The notes below the pieces were generated by a model. The model searched no databases. It saw only the letters and a list, made by a program, of their open reading frames with translations, and was not told where the DNA came from. From Balanoglossus misakiensis (Eukaryota; Animalia; Hemichordata), in the NCBI GenBank assembly GCA_040954595.2, contig CM082587.2, forward strand, positions 248,001 to 312,000: DNA of 64,000 nt, read 5' to 3'. A program made the translations under genes and the position numbers. Shown piece by piece: positions 42,757 to 57,273 of this stretch (its first letter is position 1; the number at the start of each line of letters is the position of its first letter).

Positions 42757-45700
42757 TTAGCATACATGAATATCATCATCACTATTATCCGTGCTTGCAA
42801 TGTTTGGGTCCAACACTTTGATCACACCGCCAACCAAATGCAAACTACCAGTTACTAAAACCTGGATATGTTTGGAGTCTCGAACGCTATCAGGCGGAGA
42901 TGGATCTTCGCGTCTGGGTGAGCTCAAGTGAGAATCTTTGGCACAGGCAGCCCACTGTAATGCATCAGTGATGCATGGGAAAACAATCGATTTTGTCTTT
43001 TTGAGTTCCGAGGAGCTGGCATCAACACTGTCCCCATTCTGTGTTGAACTTGCATCATGAGGTGTTCCGTAATTTGGGTATGGTAGTCCATCCATGTATG
43101 CGACGTTCTGTTTAGGTCCACCAAGGTAGCTTGATTTCAGCAGCTGGCTTGCGCTGGTGGTGTCCATTTTGCCGCTCTGTGTTAAAGCTTCAAGAGCACC
43201 GACTGAATCCTGCAAGAACTGTGTTCTGGACGATGAGGGCGATGTTGATGGCGAAGCTGGCTCAGACGTAAGTCCAGCTTCTTTTTCAAGGGCTTGCCAA
43301 GATGCCCTGTGCCTTTCACACCTTGCCTGCTGTTTCTGGGTGGTGGTCATGAAATTGGTCTGATCTGAAACCAGAAAGGTCAGTTCAAGTTTAACAGATT
43401 GGTTCTGCTTTTTTTAACAAACAAATTTACACACATATTTCCTTACAATGTATATAATTTCAAAGAGAGGAACACTGCTCGTTTTAACATTTTAATTCCT
43501 GTTCAGATTTTAAACAGCAGAGTAAGCATTCATCAATTCATGAATGGAACAATTACATATGGACACAAAAAGACTTGACAGTTACGTCATAACAAGTACA
43601 AATAGAAAGGATATCATATGCAAATTCATACAAATCTGCATAAATGCTGTGGCCTACCTGTTGATGTTTGGCTGCCGTAGATACTTGCAATGTTGGGACA
43701 GAATGCTGCAGCGTCAAAGACACACTTAACAAGTTCTTTCAGGAGGGGCTTTTCATCTCTATCTCCCATGGCATTGAATACGAGCACTCTTGAAACAGGA
43801 CCCCTGTGATGAAAATGGTTTGGTCAGAAACTGCTTCATTACATGGCTGGATGTTTATGTTAAAACAAATAGAAACATGAAGAAGTTTGTGTTGCAGACA
43901 ACATCCCTTCCTGCATTGGGCAAATGACCACATGATCACCAGCCCTCCTGGCTCGCAGTCCCATATTCAAGCTGCAATAATATTGTGAGCATCTGCTAAA
44001 AACAAACATCCTTACTCCAGACTCTCTGCTTCTTCATCTGCAATCTGCTTAAACCACTTGACACAGGCTTCCAGACTTCGTAGTGTGTGTGCACCATCAA
44101 GATAATATGTCACGTTGTCACGAGATATTTTCTGTGTACGACCAGCCCAGTAACAATTTCGTAACCCTAAAACAATCAGATCAGTAAGATGATATTAACA
44201 CATACACATGACTTCAGCCTCTGAATAAACATGGCAATCATATGCATATAGTATGCAAATTACTCCTCCTACTTTCTTCAGAACCCACAGGAGATACTGC
44301 ACTATCATTACTTGCTTGACATTGTCCCAATGTTGATGTGTCCCACTTACCATAAATGAAAGTATCAATAATTTTGAAAGTAGGAGCAACCGGGATGCTG
44401 AGTTCTTCAGGATCCATTTCGCCATTCATCATTTTCTGTTTCTTCAACTCTGGAGGACCTTCTGTAAGTGCTAGAGTTAATAGAGAATTTCAAATGAATT
44501 ACTGTGATCTATTCATTAGAGATGGCTACAAAGACCAGCAAATCTGATTTAACCCTTACACCACTATGGTTCAGTCCAAATCCATTGTTTTCTACTGGGA
44601 GGTTGGACCTCTATAAAAGAGGGAACTTGGGGCGAAAGAGGTTAAGGAACACAAACTGTACATACTTGCTTTGTGTTCTTCAATCCAAGTACGGCAAAGC
44701 TGTATTGCCAGAGTGGCATTTTGCTTCTGATGTTCTCCAGCAAGACCAAGTTCAACTGGTCTTCCCTGCCAGTCGTAGCTTTCAAAGTCAGGGGTGACTT
44801 GAAGTGGTGCCTGTAACGCAGAAAAATTGAGACAAAGACATGGAGATCAACTTAATCCACATTTAGCTTGACTTTCCCCCAAACATCAGTGATGTCTCCT
44901 TGAAAACTACTCCCAGACTAATATCAACTTACTTGCAATTCCTTCGCTCTTTTGATGACTGCTTCCATAGCTCCTGCTGGTTGTGGCACAGTGAATGCTG
45001 GCCTTCCAGGCTGTCATGTTTCAAAGAAAAATATTTCTGAGTTAAAAATTAATCTTTACAGCCTTAAAATAGAACTTTTGGTGCCAAGGATCATATGGTG
45101 GAAGGGTGCAGAACTTTGGGAGGGCCCAGCCCCTTCTGTCATTCTCCTTCAGCAAAGAGTCAAGAGTGAAAAAAATTGTATCTGGGCCGTAAAGTTTTCA
45201 TTATATGTCTCACTGATGATCAATTTGTATGTACTTTTCACAGATTTCCATGCTATTTTACAGATGTGAAAACTGCATGTTATCAGTTACTATTGGTTAC
45301 CTTGCATATTCCAGCTTTATGCCAGCCAATTTTATCCAGTGTGTTTCCCAGGACTGCGGTGTGATCCATTCCGAGGGAAGTGATGCCGGTCACAACCGGA
45401 CATCTCACAACATTTGTACAGTCAAAAGCACCACCTATTCCAACCTCAATGATGGCAACATCCACCTGATCAAGAAACAAATGTCACAAACCCTTCATAA
45501 GAATGTAATAGAAGCAATTGCTCACTTTCATTTTGCCGGGTCTTTCCAGAAGGTTAAGGACTTTCTATGAGCATGAAAACCATGAGTGTGGATGAGTCTG
45601 TCACACAACTGTCTCTTTCAGATTGAATTTGAACAGAAACGTAATTTCTGTACACTGCATGACATTTCTGAAATGTCATGGAAACGTTGCCTTGTCTTTC

Positions 45701-48700
45701 ACAGCTTCATTATTGGAAACATTGCATTGTTACTCCTTAAACATATGAAGTTAGTTTGAAAGACATTGAACATGAATACGACAGTATGCCAAAACTGTCC
45801 CTGGAGCAATCAAACGCTGGGATTTGGTTCATATGATGAATAAGCCTACCTTCTCCTGTATGAAGACATGAAAGGCTAAAAGTGTGAGGAATCGGAAATA
45901 AGCTGGCATGACTCCACCATGGAGATGTTTGTTTTCATCCAATTTGTTGAAAACCTTGAAGAAATATCGACTGAAATCATCTTTTGCCAGAGGTGCTCCA
46001 TTAATGCGAATTCTTTCTCGAACTTCAACTAAATGTGGAGAACTGGGAAAAGTGGTGAAATAAACACATGTTCACAGTTAACCAGGGCCAAGAAAATACC
46101 AAAATGGAAAAAAAGTAATGACAATGTTTTCTTTACATGTCCAGAAAATTCACACAAATACATGTTACGGTAGTGACAACTTCAGTTTAATAATAGTTAG
46201 GTAATCAATCATCCACTGGGCACAGAGACCACTTACCTGTAAAACCCTGTCTTGAAACCATTTGCCCTGAGAATACTTTCACAATAAGCACAAACAGAAC
46301 CTTTTCCCTTGGTTCCACTCACATGGATAATAGACAGATTATCAATGTCATCTAACTGTAGAAATGAACAAGAAAGCAAATTGCCAAAAATTAATAACAA
46401 GCGACCTAGCGGCCGATACAGCTCCGCTGTATGAATACTTCAATAACTGATAACAATTCACTATTCATGTGACTGGTCTCCTGTTCACAAATTGATCTGA
46501 TAAAATGTTTCAATTACATCATCATGTACCATAACAACTACCGAATGTTCTGATAAAAATTCACTAGTAACTTACAGTTATTCCAATTCTGTCCAGAAAT
46601 TGCCTCGTCTCCGGTAGACACTTTTCATTGTGCCGTCCTTTTTCTTTCCGTATCTTTTCAAGAACAGCTGCGTTAGTTTGTAGAGTGTTAAGAACTCGAA
46701 CTGCTTCCTGCAAACAATTTTTTTTTTTACAAAAATTTAGTCTTGTTATAGAATATCAAGTTCCTGTTGAGAGAAATGGTATTTAGATTAGAAGAAAAAG
46801 GACATTACATGGAGCGAGAATAGTGTAATGTATGAGGAAGGCACCACTTTGATTGCCCAATTATTAACAATCAACAAGAATTATACATGTATACACCTTA
46901 TGTATGATAAAAATGAAGAAACAAAATAAAAACCAAACAGACAGGGTTCATATGCTAGATATTTCCCCCTATGTATGTAGAGGTCCACATTTGTGATAGA
47001 AAGCAATGGTGGTGAAAGGATAAAAGACATTCTAAAGGTGCCTGAAAATTCCAGAACTTTGTAGGAGCATATGAACCCTGACAGAGAATGGACAACACAA
47101 AAAACTCTGTTGATCACTGATAACTGGGCAAAGATCATTCAATGGAGGATGTTTTTGCTAGGGTCACCTGACTGATGCGTTTACTCAGATCTGTGGCTCT
47201 GCCTTCATCACTTGTCTTCCGTTGCTTCATGGTGCCTTCCTTCTACAAAGACGAGGTAGCCAGAAATAGGCCAAGGGTTGGTCGAAAAGCACATGGGAAA
47301 GAGCAAATACAAGAAATCAAAAAAGAAAGAGAAAACTAGCTTCAGCAAATAAAAAGGATGCAGCAGAGGGATGTTAGCATTTCTTTCAGCTTTCACAAAT
47401 CTCTGACATGTCAGCTAATTCACCAGACAGGTCACAGGACCATTTGGTATTGCTCATGGTGACCACCAGAGCACATTACAGGATCACTCAAATTTATGAG
47501 GACCACCAGTTAGCTTATATGACCACTACCCATTTACCTTGTTCGAGGTCACAGTGACCTCCAAATCAGTTCACAGGACCTGGACCACTAGCTTTACCTC
47601 CTAGTGGATCCACAGATGAACTGGAGTAGGTTAATTAATGACTACTAGATTTATCTTGGTAGTGGTCCAAAAGTCACCCCTAAATTGATACTTTGGCAGC
47701 TGTACCTAAAACACAAAGCAACGTACCGTGTCTACCACCTTGTACGAAATCTAGGTTCTCCCCTGCCACCTGAACCTTTGGCCCCTGGCACTTTAAAAAT
47801 CATTGTGTACGTGTAGATAAATAAAGTCTGGTGATGCTCACATGCTGGTGTCATCGACACAAAACAGCAGACAATGATACCAATCATATATCAAGAATAA
47901 CACTTGTCTTTTAACGGAGAATTTGATTATGTCTATTATTGGATTAACACTTCAGTGGAATGTCAATTGTCATTATTAATCAGATTCAGAAACTTTAAGA
48001 TGCAAACGACATTCATTAAAGACATTATTTATACATTGTGTTGTTCTGGGGATTACTATTTAAACTGTAAATGTCCCTTCAAAGTTCAATACAAGATCTC
48101 GCTGCCATCCAACATTCACCGCTTCTCTTCACTTGCTTCCATGTCTGGAGGGATGGATGGATGTTACGTAACGGTACCTAAGTGTTACACAAGCATAAAG
48201 CATTATGTTCCCAGCCCAGGCAGGAAGCCATTTTAAATAATAGCCGATTCGCACCTATCCATCATTACTTTTGGCATAATGAATAGCGCAAGAATCGGTG
48301 ACAGACGCCGGATATATGGGCATGCCACCACAGGCACACGGAACAATGTGATTCCCAAAGTAAAAAGAAATGAACATCGCCTAGTGTCACTGTCAGCAGC
48401 TATAGTAAAACTTGGTATCGTATCGTTTCCATAGCAAAATAACAGAAAGAGAGTAGTTAACCACACAATAAACCAAACTCTTATACGGCCACGTGGAAAA
48501 CTCTCGACAACTTCGACCTGGCGACCGAGGTTCCCAGTTAAGTTCACACATTGATAATTGCATTTCGCCGGTCAGATGATTACAGCGTAAAAAGTCACAA
48601 TGTTGATTGAGGCCAGTTCACAACCATTGGAGCGCGGGCTTATTTTTGACAGTCATAAAGTTGTCTGATCATACTAGTAACGAAACACTTAGGTATACAT

Positions 48701-48887
48701 CGGTACTTACTTCGTAGTTACTCTTGGAAACGGTTTCGCCGGCCATAACAGCAGCGATCGTGTGTTGCTGCTGAGCCGTTCCACTTGATTTGGAGGGTAT
48801 GGTTGTATTACTAGTCGCCCCCAAAGTCTGAGTACACTGAGAAACAATAGTCCTATTTCGCATTGTACGCGCCAATACTTTCAGCAT
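42757..48887 (-). CDS. FPGS: Folylpolyglutamate synthase (mitochondrial/cytosolic)
   Basis: Exons include 48711-48887, 46576-46707 ([13 protein letters not shown]), 46237-46355 ([15 protein letters not shown]-loop), ~45851-46042 ([15 protein letters not shown]...[12 protein letters not shown]), [18 protein letters not shown]...[16 protein letters not shown], last exon [13 protein letters not shown]. Confidence 0.96.
44549..44645 (+). mobile_element. ~97-bp TTAA-flanked MITE-like element in an FPGS intron
   Basis: Begins TTAACCCTT and ends AAGAGGTTAA (imperfect terminal inverted repeats). Second partial copy at 6483-6528. TTAA-CC ends resemble piggyBac-type non-autonomous elements (inference). 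Confidence 0.5.
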
Positions 48888-49286
48888 CACAGTGGTTTTT
48901 GGATTGAACAAATTAACAAAAGGCAAAGAAAAGGATCAGCTGATCATGCTACACACAGCAATCGATCGCCAACCATATCGCCAAATCTCGCTATCATGTG
49001 CTCTGCTACCGCGCTAAATGTGCGTGACAGGAAGTGAATGAATTTCATTGGACTTTGCATAAGTTACTCCCCGAAGCCTCCGCTGTGTCACGAAATAATT
49101 AACTTATATCAACAAATGGTTGGGTAAAAACGGTCATTTCTATTTGTATCTTCGTTATTGATACCAAATGAAATAAATTATTATCTATTTTTGAAATTAA
49201 ACCGTGCACAATGCAGATAGAAAATTGGTATATTTGAACGAGGGCAGAGGTCGAATAAATTAATACGCATGCGTCAAATTGACAAA
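48888..49286. promoter_or_regulatory. Compact bidirectional promoter between FPGS and MAP2K7
   Basis: 400 bp between divergent ATGs. ETS-type ACAGGAAGTG (49027-49036), palindromic ACGCATGCGT (49265-49274), YY1-type AAAATGGCG overlapping the MAP2K7 start. Confidence 0.7.
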
Positions 49287-52200
49287 ATGGCGACTTCCCT
49301 TGAGAGAAAGTTGAACAATCTCGAAGCGCGATTAAAAGCTGAGAATGAAGCCAAAAGACGAGATCGGCCAACCATAGATTTTGCACTAGATAGTCCCAGG
49401 GAACGTAAACCTAAACCAGGTAAATTTTCAAGTGTCTACGTCTCATAACTTTGAAATAATCATATATATTTGTGTGCGATGCCTATTGTGTTTTCTTCTT
49501 TGCGAAACCAATAATTTATTATGACCGAAATACCCGATTGCTAGTTCGTAAGATGTTCTTTTTAAGGAGAAAAAGACATCTGCAGTGTACTTTGTGTTTC
49601 TTCCGATGTCAAGGCGGTGATGCGGACACGATCGCGCACGTTGGAAACTTTACCCGTTTCATTATCGAAGTTGTTTTGATCCTTTGTGTTCGTAACAATT
49701 ACTCAGATAACGTTGCTATAAATAGACCGGGCTTCCCCTCGGCATTCCTGTTTCCAGTTCCTCCAAACATGGCGCAGCATCGAATCTCACCCCCCCCAAT
49801 TTAAAAGGAATTATTTTACCTTAAACATTTCATTGCCGTAGCATTGAAACTGACATGATCTTCGTTGGGCGGTATACTCGGATATTGAATGATGCCAGTT
49901 GCAAAACATTACTTACATATATGTGTTATTTTTTGGTAATCACAGGTTTAGATTTATCAAGTCATGGCCATGGTTCGGCACCAGCACCAAGTAGACGCAA
50001 ACGACGAGAGTTTATATTTCCTGGGCCATCACCTCCATCACATCAACATAGACCAACACTTGACAGGTACATCACATGTACTTGTTGTTTGAATTCCTGA
50101 TAATATAAAACACTGATGTGAAACTAAAGATGTCATTTAGAAAACATGAAATAAACAGAAATCCGTGATCTAGAATTGTTGGATTCTTGCGACTAGTGCA
50201 GTGATTTGCATATGCTATTGTCACACTCCCATTCGTAAATAGCTAAAGTTGTCCATTATTCAAAATACAAACATGATAATAGTTTGCATGAAAATACCTG
50301 TAGATAATGCCAAAGGTATCATTCTCATAGTCACGCATGAAATTCTCAATTGTTGTGTCTGCCATTGTTATGTGATAAATCTTGAAGTAGAAGAGCAACG
50401 TTAGTACATTGTACATGTACATTGTACAGTCAAACCTGTCTAAACAGAAGCCTCTCTGTTTTTCTCTTTGTTACAGTGCTGAAATAGATCAAAAATTACA
50501 AGAGATTATGAAACAGACAGGGAAGCTTACATTTGACAGCAGGGTAAGTTATGGGGCTGAAGTAGATTGTGTTTCATGGTAAACATTGAACCCTTGGTTT
50601 AATGGGAGATCACTAACAACACAAAAGATGAGTGCAGGGGTCAACCAAACATGCTGCAGCCCTGTTGAACTTTGCATGTGTGGGCAGAACACATACCTGT
50701 ACAATGCTATATGTATGGAATTACATTTATAGATGAATGTATAATTATTCATTTAAAACCATGTGTGTCTGATAAATTGTGTTGCTGTACCTTGGCTGTA
50801 ACTCTCTGCTTCTCTCTGGTAGAAATTTTCAGTTAACCCTTGTGATCTGCAAGAATTAGGAGAAATTGGCAGTGGTACTTGTGGACATGTTGTCAAAATG
50901 GCACATAAAGAAACTGGAAATATTATTGCTGTTAAGGTGAGCTTGGAATACATGTATGTTTCTCTGGACACAAAAAATGCTGGTCTCCATGTATGTCATC
51001 TACACTCTTCATCTTCATTTTGCAAAGATGTAAAATGTGTTCAACGTGCTGTTGATACAATTTGTCCCTTTTAAGTGTACAATTGTCTTGCTAGTTGTTG
51101 AATATTTTGTGTCAATGTGACAAAATCCTACCAACACTGAGTTAATCAATGTATTGCCTCTAACCTGCAATTTCAAGGTATTTGTGGACCTTAGAGGATG
51201 TTTCAAAATGCTCTGTTTCTGTTTCTTGTTTTCCTCAGCAAATGAGAAGATCTGGTAACAAAGAGGAAAACAAACGAATATTAATGGATTTAGATGTAGT
51301 TTTGAAAAGTCATGATTCACCATATATAGTGCAATGTAAAGGTGCCATTATAACGCCGGTAAGTTTTTCCTCCAATGGGAGCATGTGTGTTATTGGCGCT
51401 ATATTTGGCACTTACAATGGATAAAGTGAAAGTGAAATAATTTTTGTGTGTGTTTGTTATTGAATAGACACGTTATCCAATCTTTCTTAGCTTTTCTTTC
51501 CTTGATTAGTGCAACCACACAAAGAAGGCAGAAAAGAAATTATTTTTATACATGACGATATACCAGTGACCAAACAAAAACATGTGTAAGCAGGAGAATA
51601 CACCAGAAGTCAAATTAATGTAATGTTTCTCTTACCAGAGTGATGTATGGATATGCATGGAGTTGATGGCAACCTGTGTAGAAAAACTTATGAAGCGACT
51701 TCAAGGTCCCATACCAGAAAGAATTCTAGGAAAAATGACTGTTGCAGTAAGTCTGATCTTCTTGCAACTTTTCTTTTGTAGAAGAAATAATAATGATGTA
51801 CCTTGCAGAAAAGTTCAGATGACCCTCTCCTTTTAAGCTATTTAAATTTGAAGTATGGTTTCTTTTCAGATTGTAAGAGCTTTGAATTATTTAAAAGAAA
51901 AACATGGTGTGATACACAGAGGTAGGTTGTCAAGGAGATGCTCTGCACATGTTTTCATTACGATCCTTCATTACGGCCAAAAGGAAAACAAACAACAAAC
52001 AAAATATACCATGCATACAAACTGGAAACTCGCACAGTATAACTTATTGTCTTTAAAAGATCAAATACAAACTCATGATAAAAATTACACCGTTTCCTAA
52101 TTTCACAGATGTAAAACCATCTAATATCCTGCTAGATGAGAATGGGACAGTTAAATTGTGTGATTTTGGAATCAGCGGTCGACTTGTAGACTCCAAGGCA

Positions 52201-53105
52201 AAGACAAGGAGTGCGGGATGTGCAGCGTATATGGCAGTAAGTAAAGCATGTACTGAATGAATATCTATGGCACAACTTTTGTGTGTATAGTTTGATCATC
52301 TTTATCTTCTGTTTATACCTGACAGCCAGAGAGGATAGATCCTCCAGATCCCAGTGAACCTGGCTATGATATCAGAGCTGATGTGTGGAGTCTGGGCATA
52401 TCACTGGTGAGTTCCAATTAAGTCACTCTGTGACATCCTCTCTGCTGTTTCAAGGAATCGAGGCAAAGACATGGTGATATGTTTCATAGTAAATTAACAT
52501 TACATTTTTGTTACTTGTAATTAGGTGGAGATGGCTATTGGTGAATTTCCATACAGAGATTGCAAGACAGACTTTGAAGTTCTTACCAAAGTTTTACAAG
52601 AAGACCCACCCAGCCTGCCCCGAGATTCAAGATTCTCTCTAGATTTCCAATCATTTGTGTCAGATTGGTAAGTAGGCATCCTCAGCTAAGATATAACTGA
52701 AAGGTTTAACGAGAGATGTTTTTGAAAGTGTATTGTCAATGATAAATTCTCCAGCATAACACACAGAGAGGTGTGGCAACTAGCAGGTACAGCTGTCCCA
52801 GTGGACAGTAGAAGATCTACTTGAAGTGCCGAGGTTTGGAGAGACTTGTATTTGATGATACTCATCTGTAGATATGGCCAAGGCAACACAAATGGCAGAA
52901 TAAACCATCACACACATCCGTTCACGTGATTTCATTTTCTTCTTGCAGTTTAATCAAAGACTACACAAAGAGACCCAAATACAGGCAACTCTTGCAGCAC
53001 AATTTCATCAAAAGATATGAAAGCATGAATGTTGATATAGCATCGTGGTTTGCTCAGGTCATGCTAACAACGAACAGTCCAAGACCAAGTCCAAGTCCGG
53101 TTTAA
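49287..53105 (+). CDS. MAP2K7: Dual-specificity MAP kinase kinase 7 (JNK kinase, hemipterous orthologue), about 11 coding exons
   Basis: [21 protein letters not shown]-terminus; [11 protein letters not shown]; [33 protein letters not shown]; [11 protein letters not shown]; [29 protein letters not shown]; [14 protein letters not shown]; stop TAA 53103-53105. Confidence 0.97.
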
Positions 53106-56100
53106 GCATGCTCACATGGTTCATCTGAGTGACACACAGCTTCTCTGACTTGTATATATGTTATCTACTGGTTGTCCTACTTCCAATATTTCATATAGAG
53201 TAGTCAAGATGTTTTGCAACTTTTGTAGAACTGTTTTTTTTTGCTGACAATAAAAGTTGCAAAACCTTTTGACTCCTCTGTATCTATGAACTGTAAATTA
53301 GATTTGATCCACCTTTGTTAATGTACAGTAACCTGTGACCTTTAAACCTTGCACTATGACATCTCTTTGAATAAAATTTCACAAATTGTTGTTGACCAAA
53401 TACTTGAGAATCTATGTCTGTCAGCAGATGAGTTCCCCTCAACCAAAAGTGTACTATGAAATAACAACTAGTGACAGCTTTCCAGGAAATGTTAAAACCA
53501 AAAACCAATTTTAATGTGGACTTAAAAAACACCTAGGGAATACCAATTGCTGTTCTGTCAAAATGCAGAGTTTTTGTAAAATGATGTGTACCAGTTACCC
53601 AACATGTTAAGGTTCTGTAGTGAAAGGCGATTATATATCAGCTGAAGTGCAGGCTGATGCTGCCATGACAAAACAGCCAAAACGGAAGTGAAGTTTTTTT
53701 TGTACAATGCCAGAATAATGTCACTGGCAAAGTGGAGCCAACAATTCATCACTGATTATGATGAAACTCATGCCAAGTATGCATGTACTGGTTTGTGCAG
53801 AATGCTGAATAACATTACCACATTAAGTCTTACTGTTCCCTATCAAAGACGATCAGTGTTCACTCATGGTATTGGGCTCCTTTAAAGTTTAGCTCATGGT
53901 TAGCTCGTCTTGAATTGTCGGTAGCAGAATGATTGAGAAAGATGATCAATCCTCTTTGAAGCTTTCCATCTGGTTCACATAGATCAGGGCATGTCAATGC
54001 AGGTCAGGTCATAGGTCATATTAAAGTTGGAGGAAAATCATATGTAAGGGATGTACTATTTCAGAGATCTTCGAATTTACTAAATGCTTGTATCATATAG
54101 CAATGTCTTATTCTACCCTCTCAGTAATTTGTAAATTAGTGTCTTTTTCCAGAGCTTGACTGGGAGGAAAATCTGAATTTATAGTAAAATTGTGTTACTG
54201 TGACAGTGAGTGTGCATACTTGTACTCCTGTTTTTCTCACTTGTCTATGCCACTGCTACAAATGCATAATGGCACATACACTTTTCTGCAAGCAGACAAG
54301 GTCAGGTATTCAATGGCAAAGCTATATGCTCTGCCATTACAAGTCAGACAGAACTCATGAACCCTGATATCTTGTTCATACTCAAGTTCATCATGGTAAC
54401 CCTTTAGTCCAATCAAATGTAGGTGCAGTTGACCTTTTTATTTCTCAGAGGTTTGATTGCATTGGCCAATTAAGACAATCAGGGTTGCATTGAAGTACCA
54501 TCAAAATGCAAATGTCTTTCTCACATTTCATATACCAATCAAACATATTCTATTTGTTTTGTTTTTCAATAATAAACAGATTTTCAGGAATGTCTACCAG
54601 TCCATATCTTTAACCAGAACAGTGTGCTTTATCCAACAATTATGCATTTTTGTGGCCATGGATTTCTGAACTGTCAACAGTATAGAAACAAATTATGTGA
54701 ATGTAAATAAATGTTTATATGTGAGAATATCATATCAAGTCTTCTGCTTTTCATTCTTTACCAAAAATGGTGACAGTCTGTTTATAGTTTTAATGCGCAG
54801 TAATGGGGTGCTATTCAAATGGAAATTGCTTAGTTGTGTTTGGCCTCAGACTGCAGATACACATCTCTAAACAACATTTTCACAACAAGAGTGAATATTT
54901 TTATTTCACAGATACTGTCATGAGCTTACAAGTCAAAGTTAAGTAAGGTTTGCATCCAAAACAAACAATATCAAGAGACGTAAAACAGTAAAGATAAATA
55001 TTCAGATTTTTCCTCTGCAATCATCTAAAAGAAGAATGCATATGCAAATTTTCCGGTGTTTTTCACCATCCTTTTGATTATGATTAGTCTGTCATAATTG
55101 CATCTTATTACATGTATGAATGTTGATGAAAACTTACAATCAATGCACGTATTAAACCGACATCTTAAATTGGAATACAATATACTACTAGTATATTAAC
55201 ATAAAAAATCATGCAAGCCAAACTATAAATGTAGTGTACACACAAAAGTGAAAAAAGTATTATACCAAAAGGCAGAGACTTATCAACTGACAAAACAAAA
55301 TAGGATATGATATTACTGTAGTAAATTGACGATGTTAAATCGTCAATATTTATCATTTCATGGTAATTGAGGCAGACATTGCAAGGACAGTTGGTATTAA
55401 TGAAGAAACAACAGCAAAAAATGTCAAAATGCATTTTTGATTATGTTGAACTTACAGAGTAGAAACAGTCAAGGTAAGTATTTAATTTTTGACTTAAAGT
55501 GATTGATAAATCAACACAAACTGAGAAAATATATGTAAATGACACGTTTAGAATTCTTTAAGTATGAACACTCACAAAATTAAAACACCAAATTTGGAAA
55601 CATCTGTCAAAATGCTCATTTGTGACTCGCTTTCACGATCCATATACAACCTTTTCATATGTCTAGCAGCCTCACACAACCATCATGAATTTGAATTCAA
55701 AGTGAGGCCAATAGGTAAACCCTGTCATGTCAATCTCAATGGATTTGTATTAAAACACCTTGCTTTTATGTTGATAAATCAGTTAAGTGATGAAAAAATG
55801 ACATTGAACATGAACATAGCTTTTTATGAATCTGCAAAATATATACTTTTTATCAGATTTTCGGTGGTTATGTTCTGTGGATCCAGTATATCATTGGTTC
55901 CATAAAAAATCAAAATCAAGTGCAGTAATTCAGCATGCATATTTCTGGAAATTACAACAACAATAACAATAATAAATAATAATAAATGAGGGACAACAAG
56001 TTTGTGGTTGTGAATAGTTGTTTCACTTTTAAAATCTCCAAATCATTTGTTCTCTTGCAGTGTGCACCATGTTGTCTGCAAAACATTGGACAAGGCCTGC

Positions 56101-57273
56101 CTTCTGTCCACATTTGTGTTAAAATTCTGATAAATGTCGACCAATTGACGCACCCCATGTGACTGCACATGGGCCAATCACAACACAGATGTTATTGTCC
56201 CTGTCACAACGAGGCTGGAGTAGCAGACGACACACGCAACATTCGAACATGTTCCGTCGCCTATATCGGCGTACTAGCACAACACCGTGTTCTCTATGCA
56301 GCAGCGCACGCACGTCGCGACTATGACAATAAATACATTTAGCTGGTACAGTACTTGTTTTCTTCAGTCATATTCTTGTTTTCATATTTCTAAAAACTAA
56401 AGCTTGCCTTTCTAAAAATAGCTCCAATATAAAAAATATTTCATGCCCAGGCAGTTTTTTTTTCCATTTTGGCCAAATGGCCTGTAAAATAGAAACGGCT
56501 ACAAACCGTTTCTTTAGTAAACACCGACTACTAACCTAGGTATTACCACTGGTTGGGTTTTCCGGACGTTAACAGTTCGTTGACTGGTCCTTCGAGTTGG
56601 AGGTGTTGTCTCTGAGATGGTCTGGTGCGTTCTGAGCAAACTCGGCACATGTGTAGGGCATTACGTCATTGATATCCCACCTGTGCAACGGGGGCGCCAC
56701 CAACGACCAGAAAACCAAAACGCACCACACTGTCAAGAAACATGGCTCTAAAACTGAATCCCATTCATATGCACAGTATGCACGGTGGAACTTTTAACGT
56801 GACAATTCCAAATATTGAAATCAAAGCCACACGAAAACCTGTTTGCTTGATAACAGTACCGATCAAATCATTTCAACATTTCTCAATTACCGTAAAACAT
56901 GAAAGAAAATACGTTTTGACGAAAGATTTTCTTAAGATATGTTCAGCTACAATGATGTCAAATTTATTTATAGTCAGTTTTCTAAAACTATCGAATTTGC
57001 AGTATATCACAGACCCAGTCGAGTTTGCAGTGGGTCAGATTTACTGGCATGGCGTGGACTGTCAGTTTCTCCTGCTATGGCTGTGTGCGCGTCAACCTGT
57101 TTTGGAAATGCTAAATGGGGAGAGGGTCAGTCTGTTTTTGATTGTGTCATACTAGCTTACACTTGGCATTTTCTTTCGGGGTGGGTTCGGCGAGGTTTTG
57201 ACGTACATCAAAGAAAACTGGCCAACCTATCCGACGGGAGAAACTGAGCCCGGCCAATTGTGTTACTATTCTT

